A DNA stretch of 64,000 bases. Source: Octopus vulgaris. Taxonomy: Eukaryota. The stretch covers positions 18,104,001 to 18,168,000 of the forward strand of contig OX597815.1 in NCBI GenBank assembly GCA_951406725.2, in the 5' to 3' direction. Positions within the stretch are counted from its first letter, which is position 1; each line of letters begins with the position of its first letter. A program made the position numbers and the translations under genes. This document shows, piece by piece, positions 1 to 12,268 of this stretch. The notes beneath the pieces are model-generated. The model saw only the letters and a list, made by a program, of their open reading frames with translations. It was not told the origin of the DNA and did not search any database.

Positions 1-589
1 CAATCCCGTCTGTTCTATTTATTCGAAGGAAGAAACAATAAGAGGGTTCAGAAAGAAAAACCAGATTCAGCCGGAAGAACACTGATTTAATATATAACAT
101 GATAAACACAGAAAGATTCCGATTTTTTCGTTGCTTAAAAGAACAGCTGGTTGAATTGGAAGTGTACTCTGATGTTGAAAACACAGGAATTAATCAAATA
201 TATTTAATAATAACCATATTATTATTAAATATATAGTTAAGGCAGCGGGTTAGCCGACCTTTTAGCACTCCGGAAAAAATGCTTATCTGTATTTCGTCCA
301 TCTTTACGTTCTGAGTCCAAATTCCGCCGAGATCAACTTTACCTTTCATCATTACGGAGACATAAACACACCAGCATCGGTTGTCAAGTGATGTTGGGGG
401 GGGGGGACAAACACGGACACAAACATACACACACACATACATATACTTATATACATATATACGACGGGCTTCTTCCAGTTTCCGTCTACCAAATCCACTC
501 ACAAGGCTTTGGTCGGCCCGAGGCTATAGTAGATGACACTTGCCCAAGGTGCCACGCAGTAGGACTGAACCATACAGCCCCTCCTACGC

Positions 590-733
590 TTACATTATTT
601 ACATTATTTACAATCGACGGATATTTGTCCTCATCTGATGAAAGCTGGAGGGTATATCAGCCAAAACGTTGTGTTAACAACAAGCAAGATGAGGACAAAT
701 ATCCGTCAATTGTAAATAATGTAAATAATGTAA
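590..733. mobile_element. Palindromic Penelope-like terminal-repeat remnant with a degenerate hammerhead ribozyme core
   Basis: 47-bp inverted arms (590-636 and 687-733, 1 mismatch) enclose CTGATGA-aa-GCTG-gagggtatat-CAGC-c-AAAACGTT; GAAAC is changed to AAAAC. Confidence 0.65.
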
Positions 734-739
734 ATAACT

Positions 740-1130
740 GCATTATCACAAAATCTAGGCCAGTAATCCTGGTCTTATCAATGAGCGCTCCACAACTCAG
801 TCGATCCACCCTCTGGCTATATATCTAGGCCACGCAGGCATTCAACAGAGTGGAAGCCCAACACAACCCTGACGGATCCCAGATCTAACTTGGAAAAAAT
901 CAGATGTTGAGCCCTCAATCTAAGATGTGCTTATTGTCTCAGAATACTATCTCAGAATACAGCCCAACCAGTCGAACTGGTATACATCGCAGCTCCTGAA
1001 TCCTTCAGAGAGCATCCCTGTCCACTGAGTCTAATGCCGTGTGAAGGTCGACATAAGTTGGAAGCAGTTTCTGTCTGAAACTCGCCTGCGTTCGATGAGT
1101 ATAGAAAGAGCCTTGTCTGCTCCGGCTGCT
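740..1130 (-). pseudogene. Degraded non-LTR retrotransposon RT fragment (RTE-like)
   Basis: Minus-strand translation ...TYVDLHTALDSVDRDAL*RIQELRCIP... matches the RT motif YVDLxKAFDSVxRxxLW. Confidence 0.7.
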
Positions 1131-1278
1131 GAGAGGCAAGCAGATGAAAAAGTATACCGTGGTTAAATTACCAGTCTTCTTTTTAAATTCACGTTGCCAG
1201 TATTTGCATTGTTATGCAAATTAGATAAACCAGTTCAGTTCCCTCCAAGTGTGCGTGTACTACAACAACAATAGCAGT

Positions 1279-1650
1279 GGAGGCGCAATGGCCCAGTGGT
1301 TAGGGCTGCGGACTTGCGGTCGGAGGATAGCGGTTTCGATTCCCAGCGGGCGTTGTGTGTGTTTATTGAGCGAAAACACCTAAAGCTCCACGAGGCTCCG
1401 GCAGGGGATGGTGGCGACCCCTGTTGTACTCTTTCGCTCCAACTTTCTCTCACTCGTTTTTCCTGTTTCTTGTCCCCGACTTCCTACGCAACCGCTGAGC
1501 CTGGATGCGCATTCATCCATCCGTCGATGCTCTCGGTGTCGGAAGTTGACCTGCTTTCTCTTCTGCGAGTCTTACGAATAGCAAAGGACCACGTATCGGA
1601 CTTCTCCCACTGGGACGAAGACCGCTTCGCTCAACAAACAATAGCAACAA
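1279..1650 (+). mobile_element. tRNA-derived SINE, family C (possibly octopus OR-type)
   Basis: A box TGGCCCAGTGG and B box GGTTTCGATTCC; homologous to 6262-6612(-); head shared with 51923-52431. Confidence 0.85.
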
Positions 1651-1739
1651 CTTAATTATTTCACTGAGAATTTCTTTTACACAATAGGTTTGGAAGAAGA
1701 AGAAATGCCTATAACCTTCACAGGCCCTCCTAGACAGGT

Positions 1740-2200
1740 AAGAGTGAAGCCATTGATGTTCCTCTTGAACTTTTGGAATTTAACACCTGCAGGAAAGATA
1801 TGAGCAGAAACCCTGAAATATTGTAAAGAAAAGATCGGGTGTAGGATTAGTTCAGATAAGGCCGGATTAGGGGCTGAAATAACAAAAGAGAAAAGGGAAG
1901 GACAGTTGGGGATGGAGGAAAGCCCTAGTAAATGTGGCATAAGCCAAGCCTGCTGTTGTAGTTGTTGTTTCTAAGCAACAAGACGGGCAAGGGTGATTAG
2001 GTGATGGTCTAGGGCTTAGGAGCCGGAGACCCCAGACCTTGGGGGTTGGGGGAAACTTCGGTCGTCTTGTACTCGAGGGCTCTTCGTTGACGCCCGACAC
2101 CACTGGGAGGTGGCCCTCGAAGTCGCTGGAAATGGAGATCTCCAGGTCCAAATTCTTGAACGGCGCCAAGCCTGCTTGGAGGAGCAGAGGCCAATACAGC
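1740..2200 (-). pseudogene. Highly degraded LINE ORF2 C-terminal remnant (L2/Jockey-like)
   Basis: Minus-strand peptide ...IFPAGVKFQKFKRNIN resembles the terminal motif of these ORF2s; locally GC-richer. Confidence 0.35.
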
Positions 2201-2685
2201 TGCAGGACGAAAGGCAAAGGCCAGGTAGTGTATTAACAGGCAAGAAACTGTAAAGGATTAGATTAAAGGCTTAATTAATTTCACTCTTCTTTGCTCAGGG
2301 TAAATAATCTAGATAGTTTACTTTGGTGATCAATGTTGTTATATGAATATAAGTAATTACAATAAAATAGCTGTAATGAAAGTAAGAAAAATAACGGAGT
2401 ACAACACAATATTTATCATGTGAAACAGCTCCATGAATTAGACATAGTTATTTATGGTAAACAGAGGTATATTCTTTACTTCTGATTATTTGAATGTTTC
2501 GATGATAACAATGAGAAACAAACAGCTGTGAGGAAGAAGCAGATGAAGGATGATGAGGTTGGTTAATGTAAGTTTAGTTAATGACTACATAATGCAGCTG
2601 TTTGTTGTAAACAACAGGGAAACAAAATTCTTGCTAATTTTGTTTTGCTTATTTTTTTTTGTATTGACATTATTACATTGTTTGT

Positions 2686-2772
2686 GTTCCCTGATGATCC
2701 GTTGTGGTTGAGCATTTGGAACGTCTATTGTAGGGCTCCAGGCAATCATAAAAGCGAAACGCGAGTAGGAAT
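2686..2772 (+). ncRNA. Type I hammerhead ribozyme motif (Penelope-associated, long stem II)
   Basis: GTTCC-CTGATGA-[TTGTGGTTG...CAATCATAA stem]-GAAAC-GCGA-GTA-GGAAT; stem I pairs GTTCC/GGAAT; the base of stem II is imperfect. Confidence 0.6.
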
Positions 2773-2964
2773 TATGTGTGCACGTGTGTGCGTATATGTG
2801 AGTGTGTGTGTATATGTGTGTATGTGTGTGTGTATCTATGTGTGTATGTTTGTTGGTGTTTGTGTGTAACTAATGCGAAGCCAAAAATAGTCAAAATCGC
2901 AAAAAAAAAAAAAATTAACATTACAAAGAATGATGAATAAGATATGTTTAAAACTTGAATAATA

Positions 2965-3100
2965 ACTTAGCGGTTCGGCAAAAGAGACCGATAGAACATG
3001 TACTAGGCTTACAAAGAATAAGTCCTGGGGTCGATTTGCTCGACTAAAAGGCGGTGCTCCAGCATGGCCACAGTCACATGACTTGAAACAAGTAAAAAGT
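2965..3100 (+). mobile_element. SINE family A, 3' fragment
   Basis: Matches the 3' part of 18120-18532 (cttagcggttcggcaaaagagaccgatag...gaaacaagtaaaa). Confidence 0.85.
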
Positions 3101-3116
3101 AATAAAAAAAAAGTAA

Positions 3117-3149
3117 CTTTGACATTTCGGACGTGAGTTCTTCAGAAAG
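3117..3149 (-). ncRNA. Minimal hammerhead ribozyme motif (degenerate)
   Basis: Reverse complement CTTT-CTGAAGA-actcacgtcc-GAAATGTC-AAAG; stem I CTTT/AAAG, stem II eroded. Confidence 0.5.
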
Positions 3150-3334
3150 GAAAAACAGACGAGGGGAAACCATAGGCAGAGATAGAAAAAATATAAAAAA
3201 TGAAAAAAAGTAAGAAATAGTCAAGTACTGGAGTGAATAAAAATCGAACGCAGCACCCACCCAATATCCGTCGCATTGTGGTTGTGCTAGAAAATGGTAT
3301 TTTGAAATACTTTGAATAGTAATGAGACAACTAG

Positions 3335-3700
3335 CTTATGGCCCACGACGCCGTGGTGATCTCATTCTTGCTCACAACATCATAAACGGAAAGTGTAACC
3401 TCTCGAAAGAGCTGTTCTTCACTCCTGCTCCTGAACGTCAGCTGCGGGGTCACTCCGAAAAGCTCTATCTGCGACGAATTCATCTCAATCGAAAGGGGAG
3501 GGGCTTTCTCCGTCCGGTTTGCGGATCCGTGGAATAAGCTGCCGGACGAGATAGTGAAGATGCCGACGACCGCTCGGTTCAAAGTCTCTCTTGACCACAA
3601 ATGGCCTGAACTCTTTGCATGAACACCCTCCCTATACATAACTCCATGTCCCCTTACATGGCCTTGCTTTTTGCGCCCCAAAATTAACTTAACTTGACTT
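3335..3700 (+). pseudogene. 5'-truncated CR1-like LINE 3' end (ORF2 C-terminus plus 3' UTR)
   Basis: RRRGDLILAHNIING...LRGHSEKL...WNKLPDEIV motifs; ends in an (AACTT)n-like tail. Confidence 0.8.
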
Positions 3701-4355
3701 ATACAGCAAATAAAAATCAAATAGAAAATTGCAATTTCATAATATCTTACTCAGTTGTACTAGGTTTGTTCTCTTCATTGTGAGTATTACTATTTACCGA
3801 CGACCAAAAGAGGCATGAAAACAAAAACTGAAGCTAGCTTTGGGCTTATAGATAGAACAAAAGAAAAAAGAAATAGTGAAGAAAGAAAAAAAGAATTTAG
3901 TGAAGAGATTGCAAGTAATTTATTATGGCAAATGGCTGGTGGTTTCTGTGAATCCTGGAAGTTATACTGATAAGGAGGAAGCGACTCGTGGTGCCTTGAA
4001 GGATTTACGACTTTTGGATAAGAACAACACTTATCACCTGTACAACAAAACTAAAATAATACAGGAAACAAAGAAATACCAATTTGGAATTTCTTCATAT
4101 CGAAATCTTGTGAATTTCAGATTGATATAAACTTCTATATCGGTGAGTTTTCCTCTGCGGGAAAGTGGACAAATACGGCAGAGGAAACAATTATGTCTAT
4201 TTATAACTTACAACAGAAGTAAATTGGAAGGTGAACAGTCGATAAAATGTACGAAAAACAACTCGCACACGCGTACACGCATACCCGCATGGACAATATC
4301 ACGCACTTGTTTTTAAAAAGTGTAATGAAATTAATGAAGCAAGTTCATGTGTGTG

Positions 4356-4396
<41 letters not shown>

Positions 4397-4679
4397 GAGG
4401 GCGCATAGGTGGTTAAGGTGTTGCACTCCCAATCTAGCGATCGTGGTTTCAATTCTTAGACCGGGTGGGTGGTGCGTTGTGCTCTTTAGCAAAACACTGT
4501 TTCACGTTGACCTGCGATCACTTCGATACCTGACGCGTGGTACTCAGTGCACCTGTTTAGACACCTGATGGAGAGAGAGTGAGAGAGAGAGAGAGAGAGA
4601 GAGAAGGAGAGAGAGAGAGAGAGAGCTAATGTGTAGCGCGAGCATTTGTGCAGGTCGTTCGGCAAAAGCGGGAGAGTCC

Positions 4680-4765
<86 letters not shown>

Positions 4766-4768
<3 letters not shown>

Positions 4769-5154
4769 ATATATATATAAAGCTGAAGTTGTCTGTGTAT
4801 GGCAGGTTTGGTAGCCTTGAACTAACACTATCTCCTCCGAGACCCTGCGGTGCAAGTTGACCAAAATTGAGAGTATGATAGCCGAAGGCTTGCTCTTCCT
4901 TCAGTAGAAGAAAAAACTCAAATCAGACCATGTTAACACCAAAAGTTATTTACATCAAAAAGGTGTTTTTTTAATGAAAATCCCTATTTTTACAATTTTA
5001 TGACTGCTGTGTCGCCATTTTTCGGTGTATTTCAACCAGTAAAATGTTCGTTTAAAGAGAATAACAAGCTACATAAGGCAAAATTTTTACTTTTCAAAAG
5101 TTCCAATTCTAAAGGGTCGAAACAAACCCAAGCAACGCCGGGCGATACTGCAAG
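4766..5154 (+). mobile_element. Non-autonomous Helitron-like element
   Basis: 5' TCTATATATAT...AAAG, subterminal GC-rich hairpin CCCAAGCAACGCCGGG, 3' end C(A)AG|T; last ~33 bp nearly identical to 57037-57432(-). Confidence 0.7.
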
Positions 5155-5447
5155 TATATATATATATACAATTTAACACGGGGATGGAGAAATTCAGGCT
5201 TCAACAGTAGATCATAATATTTGTTTCTGCACCGCACACCAGCTTTAAGATGCTGAGTTTATATTCATATACCATTATAGAAGACCGTTCTTTGTAATTA
5301 CTGTATAGTTGAATTTTTGCAGCAACAGTCGTGTGTGAGGACTTCATCGGGTGGAATACATACATACATACATACATACATACATACATACATACATACA
5401 TACATACATACATACATACATACATACATACATACATACATACATAC

Positions 5448-5937
5448 ATTATGACTGCCCCCTCGTTATCGAGTATGGCCATTGCACGAAGCTTAACTGT
5501 TACTGGTGCTGTGATCGAATGTGACTTTTTAGCCCAGCTAAAGATCTACAACGTCTTGTACAGAATTGGCAGCTAAAACCTTTACCGGCCAACAGCCGGC
5601 TGTAGTTGTAACTGGGCTTCATGTACCTTTGCATGTCGTTTAAGTCTTCCTGCCGAACTACACTCTCTTCCACATGCCCGACAGATATAATTAGTATGGT
5701 GTGTAACACCACCACCAGTGGCCAGGTTGTCACTCATCTGTCTCGCTTTATGACTACGAAGATGACTCTTGAGTCCAGCTTTACTGAGGTAGGGTCTTGC
5801 ACAGACATTGCATGTCAGCATCAAGGGAAGACCCTTCCCTTCTGGAAGTGTAACAGCGATGCCCTTCCTGACATCCCTCCTTACTTTCTCATGTGCAACT
5901 CGAGATTTCTCAAAAGTGGCTGTCCCCTCGTACACAA
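5448..5937 (-). pseudogene. 5'-truncated RTE-clade LINE 3' end with three C-terminal CxxC...H zinc-finger motifs, flanked by (TACA)n
   Basis: YEGTATFEKSRVAHEKVRRDVRK..CNVCARPYLSKAGLKSHLRSH..CRACGRECSSAGRLKRHAKVH..CQFCTRRCRSLAGLKSHIRSQH with a frameshift; short 3' UTR running into (ATGT)n. Confidence 0.8.
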
Positions 5938-6261
5938 TACATACATACATACATACATACATACATACATACATACATACATACATACATACATACATAC
6001 ATACATACATACATGTCAAGTCATTCTAGAGTGTTATTAGTTAACATACTTTACCAATACAACCTTTTGCATGGTCGTGTCATCATCGACTAAACTAGTA
6101 AACCAATCAAACCTGCTTGGGGAGAACGGTGATTTTTGGACATCCTGCAGGATGAACTCATGAGAATCAATGGCCATCCAACTGTGTGCAAATATTCTTT
6201 TAAGTCCCTTACTGAGAAAAGTTTAAGAGAAAACACTCCGGAATCAAATCTGCCGTTGATG

Positions 6262-6612
6262 TTTGTTTGTTTGTTGAGCGAAGCGGTTTTCGTCCGAAGT
6301 GGGAGAAGTCCGAAACATGGTCCTTTGCTATTCGTAAGAACCGCAGAAGAGAAAGCAGGTCAACCCCACCGACACCGAGAGCATCGACGGATGAATGAAT
6401 GCGCATCCAGGTTCAGCGGTTGCGTAGGAAGTCGGGGAAAAGAAACAGGAAGAAAGAGTGAGAGAAAGTTGGAGCGAAAGAGTACAACAAGGGTCGCCAC
6501 CCCACCCTGCTGGAGCCTCGGGGAGCTTTTAGGTGTTATCGCTCAATAAATTCACACAACACCCGGTCTGGGAATCGAAACCGCGATCCTCCGACCGGAA
6601 TCCGCTGCCCTA
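6262..6612 (-). mobile_element. SINE family C
   Basis: Reverse complement of the 1279-1650 sequence; (AAAC)n tail. Confidence 0.85.
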
Positions 6613-7629
6613 ACTGCCCTAGCTACCAGTCGTCTTGCAACGGTTGTCACTGGATTTCTGTTACTGAGAATTAGAAAGTGGAATATGTGTTGTACAAGCG
6701 GATGTCACTTTAATCTCCTGTTGTACAGCTGTCTAATTCAATCCGGTTCATCTTATCTCTCCATTAAAGTCTTGTGGTGATGTTGGTGTTATGTTTGTTC
6801 CTTAGGTGTTTCGATCATAAACACACACATTGCCTGGTCTGAGATTCGAACCCGCGATCCCGAGTCCGCTGCTCTAACGACTAGGCCATGTGGTGATGGA
6901 GGACTGATGACAGTTTGGAGGCGTCCAGTCACGAATCTATTCATAAAGAGGTAAGAAAATTATCTTAATCTCGTTGTCATGCTTTCATGGACAAAAATTT
7001 CTTCGGTAAAGTTCCCTGCGTCTGAGAGGCCCTATTCAAGAGATTCATGCTCACATAGTCACTTTGTATCCGGGAAAGTGCTCGGAAAGCGGCACTATAT
7101 ATAAGGCGTCTACTCGTGCTGGTTAGTGTACTGTAACTAAGAGTGGCTCATCAAAAGCAGGAATGAAGAAAGACTTACACACGAGCTGTTAGAAAGTACG
7201 AAACAGTCTAGATTGTGCCAGTCGCCCTGAATGTCGGACTACACTTGCTACTAATGAATTTGCTTCACCGATTTTACTACATTTTAAAAAAAGTATGTGA
7301 TATTGTATGTGCGGATGTACGTGTACGCGTGTGTGAGTTGTTTTCGTACATCTATTGACTGTTTACCTTCCAAATTACTTCTGTAGCAAGATATAATTAG
7401 ACATAATTGTTTCCTCTGTCGTATTTGTCCAGTTTCCCGCAGAGGAAGACTCAAAGATATATTAGGATTTTTGGACATCCTGCAGGATAAGCAACAAGAA
7501 CGAATCGACCCCAGTATATATATGGTTAATGGACAATATGTCCAATTTTTCGGCATATTTGGCATTAGAAATTTTTTCCTTTGCCCTCATTTATGAATTA
7601 TATATGTATATATATATATATATAGTTTA

Positions 7630-7979
7630 CCTTTTACTTGTTTCAGTCACTAGACTGCAGGCATGAAGGGGCAGTCTTGAACGAATCGACCCCAGTATTT
7701 ACTTTTTAAAGCCTGGTACTTATTCTATCGATTTCTTTTGCCGAACCGCTACTTATGGGGGCATAAAGGGACTAACACCAGTTGATAAACGATGGTGGGG
7801 GACAAACACAAAGACGAACATTTCTATCTATCTATCTTTCAGTTTTTGCCTACCAAATCCTCTCACAAGGCATTGGTCAGCTCGTGGATATATGTGAGGT
7901 ACTTTCCCAAGGTGTCACACAGTGCGACTGAACCCGGAACCATGTGGTTGGGAAGTAAAATTCTTAACACAACCACGCC

Positions 7980-7980
<1 letters not shown>
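7630..7980 (-). mobile_element. Diverged SINE family A
   Basis: Colinear with other A copies (cttgtttcagtca...gaacccggaaccatgtgg). Confidence 0.75.
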
Positions 7981-8011
<31 letters not shown>

Positions 8012-8191
8012 TGTATGTATGTATGTATGTATGTATGTATGTATGTATGCATGCATGCATGCATGCATGTATGTATGTATGCATGCATGCATGCATGTAT
8101 GCATGTATGTATGTATGTATGTATGTATGTATGTATGTATGCATGTATGTATGTATGTATGTATGTATGTATGTACGTACGTATGTATGTA

Positions 8192-8224
<33 letters not shown>

Positions 8225-8517
8225 ATGTATGTATGTGTGTGTGTATGTGTGTGTATGTATGTACGTATGTATGTACGTATGTATGTATGTTTGTATGTAT
8301 GTATGTGTGTGTGTGTGTATGTATGTATGTGTGTGTGTATGTATGTATGTATGTATGTATGTATGTATGTATGTATGTATGTATGTATGTGTGTGTGTGT
8401 ATGTATGTATGTATGTATATGTGTGTGTATGTATGTACGTATGTATGTACGTATGTATGTATGTTTGTATGTATATGTGTGTGTGTGTATGTATGTATGT
8501 ATGTATGTATGTATGTA

Positions 8518-8548
<31 letters not shown>

Positions 8549-8570
8549 ATGTATGTATGTATGTATATAT
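7981..8570. repeat. (ATGT)n/(GT)n compound microsatellite
   Basis: Direct reading; source of spurious MYVC/HTYI ORFs. Confidence 0.98.
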
Positions 8571-8957
8571 AGGTGAGAATGTTGGTATGTGAAAGCACGT
8601 TGTTGGATGTATAAAGAAAGCTTGTATTATATGTTTAAAGAATATATTTAAATCTTTGTTAGAAAAATGCTATAAAATTTGTTTTTGGAAAAATAACCTG
8701 TTTCGTATTTTCTTTTCAAATTTCTCAAATTTCTTTACCTATATTGTGTCATCTCTTTGCTATGTTGAGAAACATGGAGTTAAAGACAGGGGAAGGTAAT
8801 CAGGGATTTTTTCGGTATAAGGGAGATAATAAAAAATGTTGGGAATGACTAGGTTTTATTAATTTAATGTTTGGTTTAGAAAGAAAAGAATGTTACAAGT
8901 GGTTAGGTTTTGCTTTATATTTTTTTTCAATGAGGTAAGTTTCCTTATTTAAAAATG

Positions 8958-9475
8958 TTAGAAATGGTTAAGCTTTGGCTTATATTTTTCAATGAAGTAG
9001 GTTTCCTTACTTAATCTAACTTGTGTTGGTGTTCCAGTGGCACATTGATAGAATGGAAAGATTACAAATTGCAGTAGCAGTTGCTTTGCGCATTTCTCAA
9101 CATGTTCACTACAGGGTATCATTCTGTATTCTGAGAATGCAATCTGCTGTCGATGCAGACAGCATCTGCGTCTGAGCGATAATCCCGTGGAGCCTATGTA
9201 CTTTTGGTGGCAGCCCGAGCATCTTATAACATAACTCAGGTTTTCTGAAGCACAAGTAAAGTCAGATTTGATTCTGAATTTTTATCCCTCTTTGAAAAGG
9301 AATTCTGATCCTTCTAGAAGGTTTGGGCATGTTGCGCAATTTGGTCTACCACATTTTTTTCACTTTTGCGTCTGTTATTTTAGAAAATAATTTTGCCTTT
9401 GTGAGGATCTTTTTTAGTGATTTCGGTTGTTTGTGGCTTTTAATGATCTTATGTGTATGTAAAATCTCCTTTAAT
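8958..9475 (-). pseudogene. Penelope-like element ORF C-terminus (Cys linker plus GIY-YIG endonuclease)
   Basis: Minus-strand translation KQPKSLKKILTKAKL..KCGRPNCATCPNL..FTCASENLSYVIRCSGCHQKYIGSTG..LRRR..HRQQI..EHVEKC..KETYFIEKYKPKLN; one stop and a frameshift; the end of the ORF is partly repeated at about 8890-8950. Confidence 0.88.
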
Positions 9476-9565
9476 CAAAGTACAAGTGAGGATATAAACC
9501 TCGGAGGGATAGAAATATCCAAGATAATACTGGTTGAATACCTAATAATATAGGCACCCACATAT

Positions 9566-9961
9566 ACTCTCTTTTACTTGTTTCAGTCATTTGACTGCGG
9601 CCATGCTGGAGCACCACCTTTAATCGAGTAACTCGACCTCGGAACTTATTCTTTGTAAGCCCAGTACTTACTCTATCGGTCTCTTTTGCCGAACCGTTAA
9701 GTGACGGGGACATAAACACACCAGCATCGGTTGTCAAGCAATGCTAGGGGAACAAACACAGACACACCAACACACACGCACATATATATACATATATACG
9801 ACTGGCTTCTTTCAGTTTCCGTCTACCAAATCCACTCATAAGGCTTTGGTCGGCCCGAGGCTATAGTAGAAGACACTTGCCCAAGGTGCCACGCAGTGGG
9901 ACTGAACCCGGAACCATGTGGCTGGTAAGCAAGTTACTTACCACACAGCCACTCCTGCGCC
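9566..9961 (-). mobile_element. SINE family A, full length
   Basis: Head GGCGCAGGAGTGGCTGTGTGG (A box) and GGTTCAGTCCC (B box), internal (CA/TA)n, tail (GTAAAAGA)n. Confidence 0.92.
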
Positions 9962-11125
9962 TATTATATATATTATAATATATAATTATAATATATAATA
10001 TATATTATTAATATTATAAAAACCAATTGAAGAGTATTTTCAAAGAATGACTTAAATTTATTTCTATTCTTATAATAGGGTGGTGAGTTTTTACAGTTTC
10101 GCATCTCAGCATGTTGAGTTCAAATCTCACTGAGGTCAGCTTTGCCTTTCATCCATTTGGCATCTATAAATAAAGCACCAGTGAAGAACTGGAGACAATT
10201 CTCCTTTTCTTCACACTTTAACAATTGGTTTAACTTGTCAAAATAGTGTCTTGTAAAAATCACTTACAGGAACCCAACGTGAAGCTATCTTTGTATTCTC
10301 CCGGGAATATTCTATTTATATGGTTCTTGTCAACGAAGTCGTCATGAGGCGTTTGTCATTAGACGGTAGTGCATCATTCCTTTAGTTATGACAAGGCAAT
10401 TAGTTACACGTGCCCTACTAATAGATAATTAAAAAGAAACTGTCACAATTTCCTTCTTCGAAACCAGTTAGTAATTTTCTCTAAGCTTCCATAAATGAAA
10501 TTACCTTTTATACACATCTAACTGTATTTTTTTTCTTTTGGCTTCATTTTTACAAATACTGTTTTCTTCATTTTCGTAGGAATAAATAAAAACAAAAAAT
10601 ATCATTAAATAAGACTGAAATCATTAAAATATAAATAGTATTTTCTGAAAAATGTCTGTCTACTGTTTATTGAATTTATGAGATTTTGAGAACGACATAG
10701 TGAACAATTATTTAGTGAAAAAAGAAAAATCTAATTTCTCGAAAGGATATAAAAAATTAAGTCTGAGTAGATGAGATATAATATATTTAAGATTTTCACA
10801 ACGAAATTCAATACAAATATGTGTGTACAGGTAAATTGTATCTTGCGTGTTTTCTTTATTGAAAACATCTTTTACCAATTGACAGGTGTATAATTCTTCA
10901 CTGGAAGGAGAGACAAACAATAACTCAAAACCTCGATAAATATACTCACAAGAGCCACCAAAGAAGCTTGTAGATGGTTATCGAATCAAGAAGAGAGACT
11001 CTACACGGCTGATCGACTAGCTAACAATAGTAGCTAAACTTTTCTAAAAGTAAATGCTTCATCATTTTTAAAGTAGTAACAAAATTTTGGATAATGTAGC
11101 CCCGGAATTACTATTTGACCAAAAT

Positions 11126-11303
11126 ACACACACACACACACACGTACACACACACACACGCACGGACACACACACGTACGCACACACACGCATGCACACA
11201 CACACACACACACATACACACGTACACACACACGCACGCACACACACACGCATGCACACACATACGCACACACATACACACGCATGCACACACACACACG
11301 CAT

Positions 11304-11382
<79 letters not shown>
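11126..11382. repeat. (CA)n microsatellite
   Basis: Direct reading. Confidence 0.98.
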
Positions 11383-11385
<3 letters not shown>

Positions 11386-11482
11386 AGGATGGTCAAGGTT
11401 AGAACGTTTTTGTTCATAGGTCTTCTCAATTAGGGTTGACCTTCGGCTAAAAAAATACAATAGCTTCTTTAGCAACAACATT

Positions 11483-12268
11483 TGGCAGACACGTTAGCGC
11501 GCCGGGCGAAATGCTTAGCGGTATTTCGTCTGTCGTTACGTTCCGAGTTCAAGTTCCGCCGAGGTCAACTTTGCCTTTCATCCTTTCGGGATCGATAAAT
11601 AAAGTACCAGTTTCGCACTGGGGGGCGATATAATCGACTCAATCCCTTCGTCTGTCCTTGTTTGTCCCCTCTGTGTTTAGCCCCTTGTGGGTAATAAAGA
11701 AATAGAAATAGGTATTTCGTCTGTCGTTACGTTCTGAGTTCAAATTCCGCCGAGGTCAACTTTGCCTTTCATCCTTTCGGGGTCGATAAATAAAGTACCA
11801 GTTTCGCACTGGGGGCGATATAATCGACTCAATCCCTTCGTCTGTCCTTGTTTGTCCCCTCTGTGTTTAGCCCCTTGTGGGTAATAAAGAAATAGAAATA
11901 GGTATTTCGTCTGTCGTTACGTTCTGAGTTCAAATTCCGCCGAGGTCAACTTTGGCTTTCATCCTTTCGGAGTCGATAAATAAAATACCAGTTTCGCACT
12001 GGGGGCGATATAATCGACTCAATCCCTTCGTCTGTCCTTGTTTGTCCCCTCTGTGTTTAGCCCCTTGTGGGTAATAAAGAAATAGGTATTTCGTCTGTCG
12101 TTACGTTCTGAGTTCAAATTCTGCCGAGGTCAACTTTGCCTTTCATCCTTTCGGGGTCGATAAATAAATTACCAGTTTCGCACTGGGGGCGATATAATCG
12201 ACTCAATCCCTTCGTCTGTCCTTGTTTGTCCCCTCTGTGTTTAGTCCCTTGTGGGCAGTAAAGAAATA
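11483..12268 (+). mobile_element. SINE family B tetramer
   Basis: One tRNA-like head followed by four ~185-bp units joined at GAAATA|GGTATTTC. Confidence 0.92.

Noticed and set aside
3876-4130. 84-aa ORF in non-repetitive-looking sequence
   Set aside because: GTG start, no recognisable motif, no supporting splice structure.
5500-5830. Host C2H2 zinc-finger gene
   Set aside because: The preceding FE..R...RR..RK motif, frameshift and repeat tail identify an RTE ORF2 end; no TGEKP linkers.
7160-7215. Hammerhead-like ATGAAGA...GAAACAGTC
   Set aside because: Core C3 and stem I are missing; too degenerate to call.
7792-8598. Long [12 protein letters not shown] ORFs (also 11034-11481, 22496-23275, 25309-26010, 37736-38479, 41366-42254)
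   Set aside because: Translations of microsatellites that lack stop codons; not genes.
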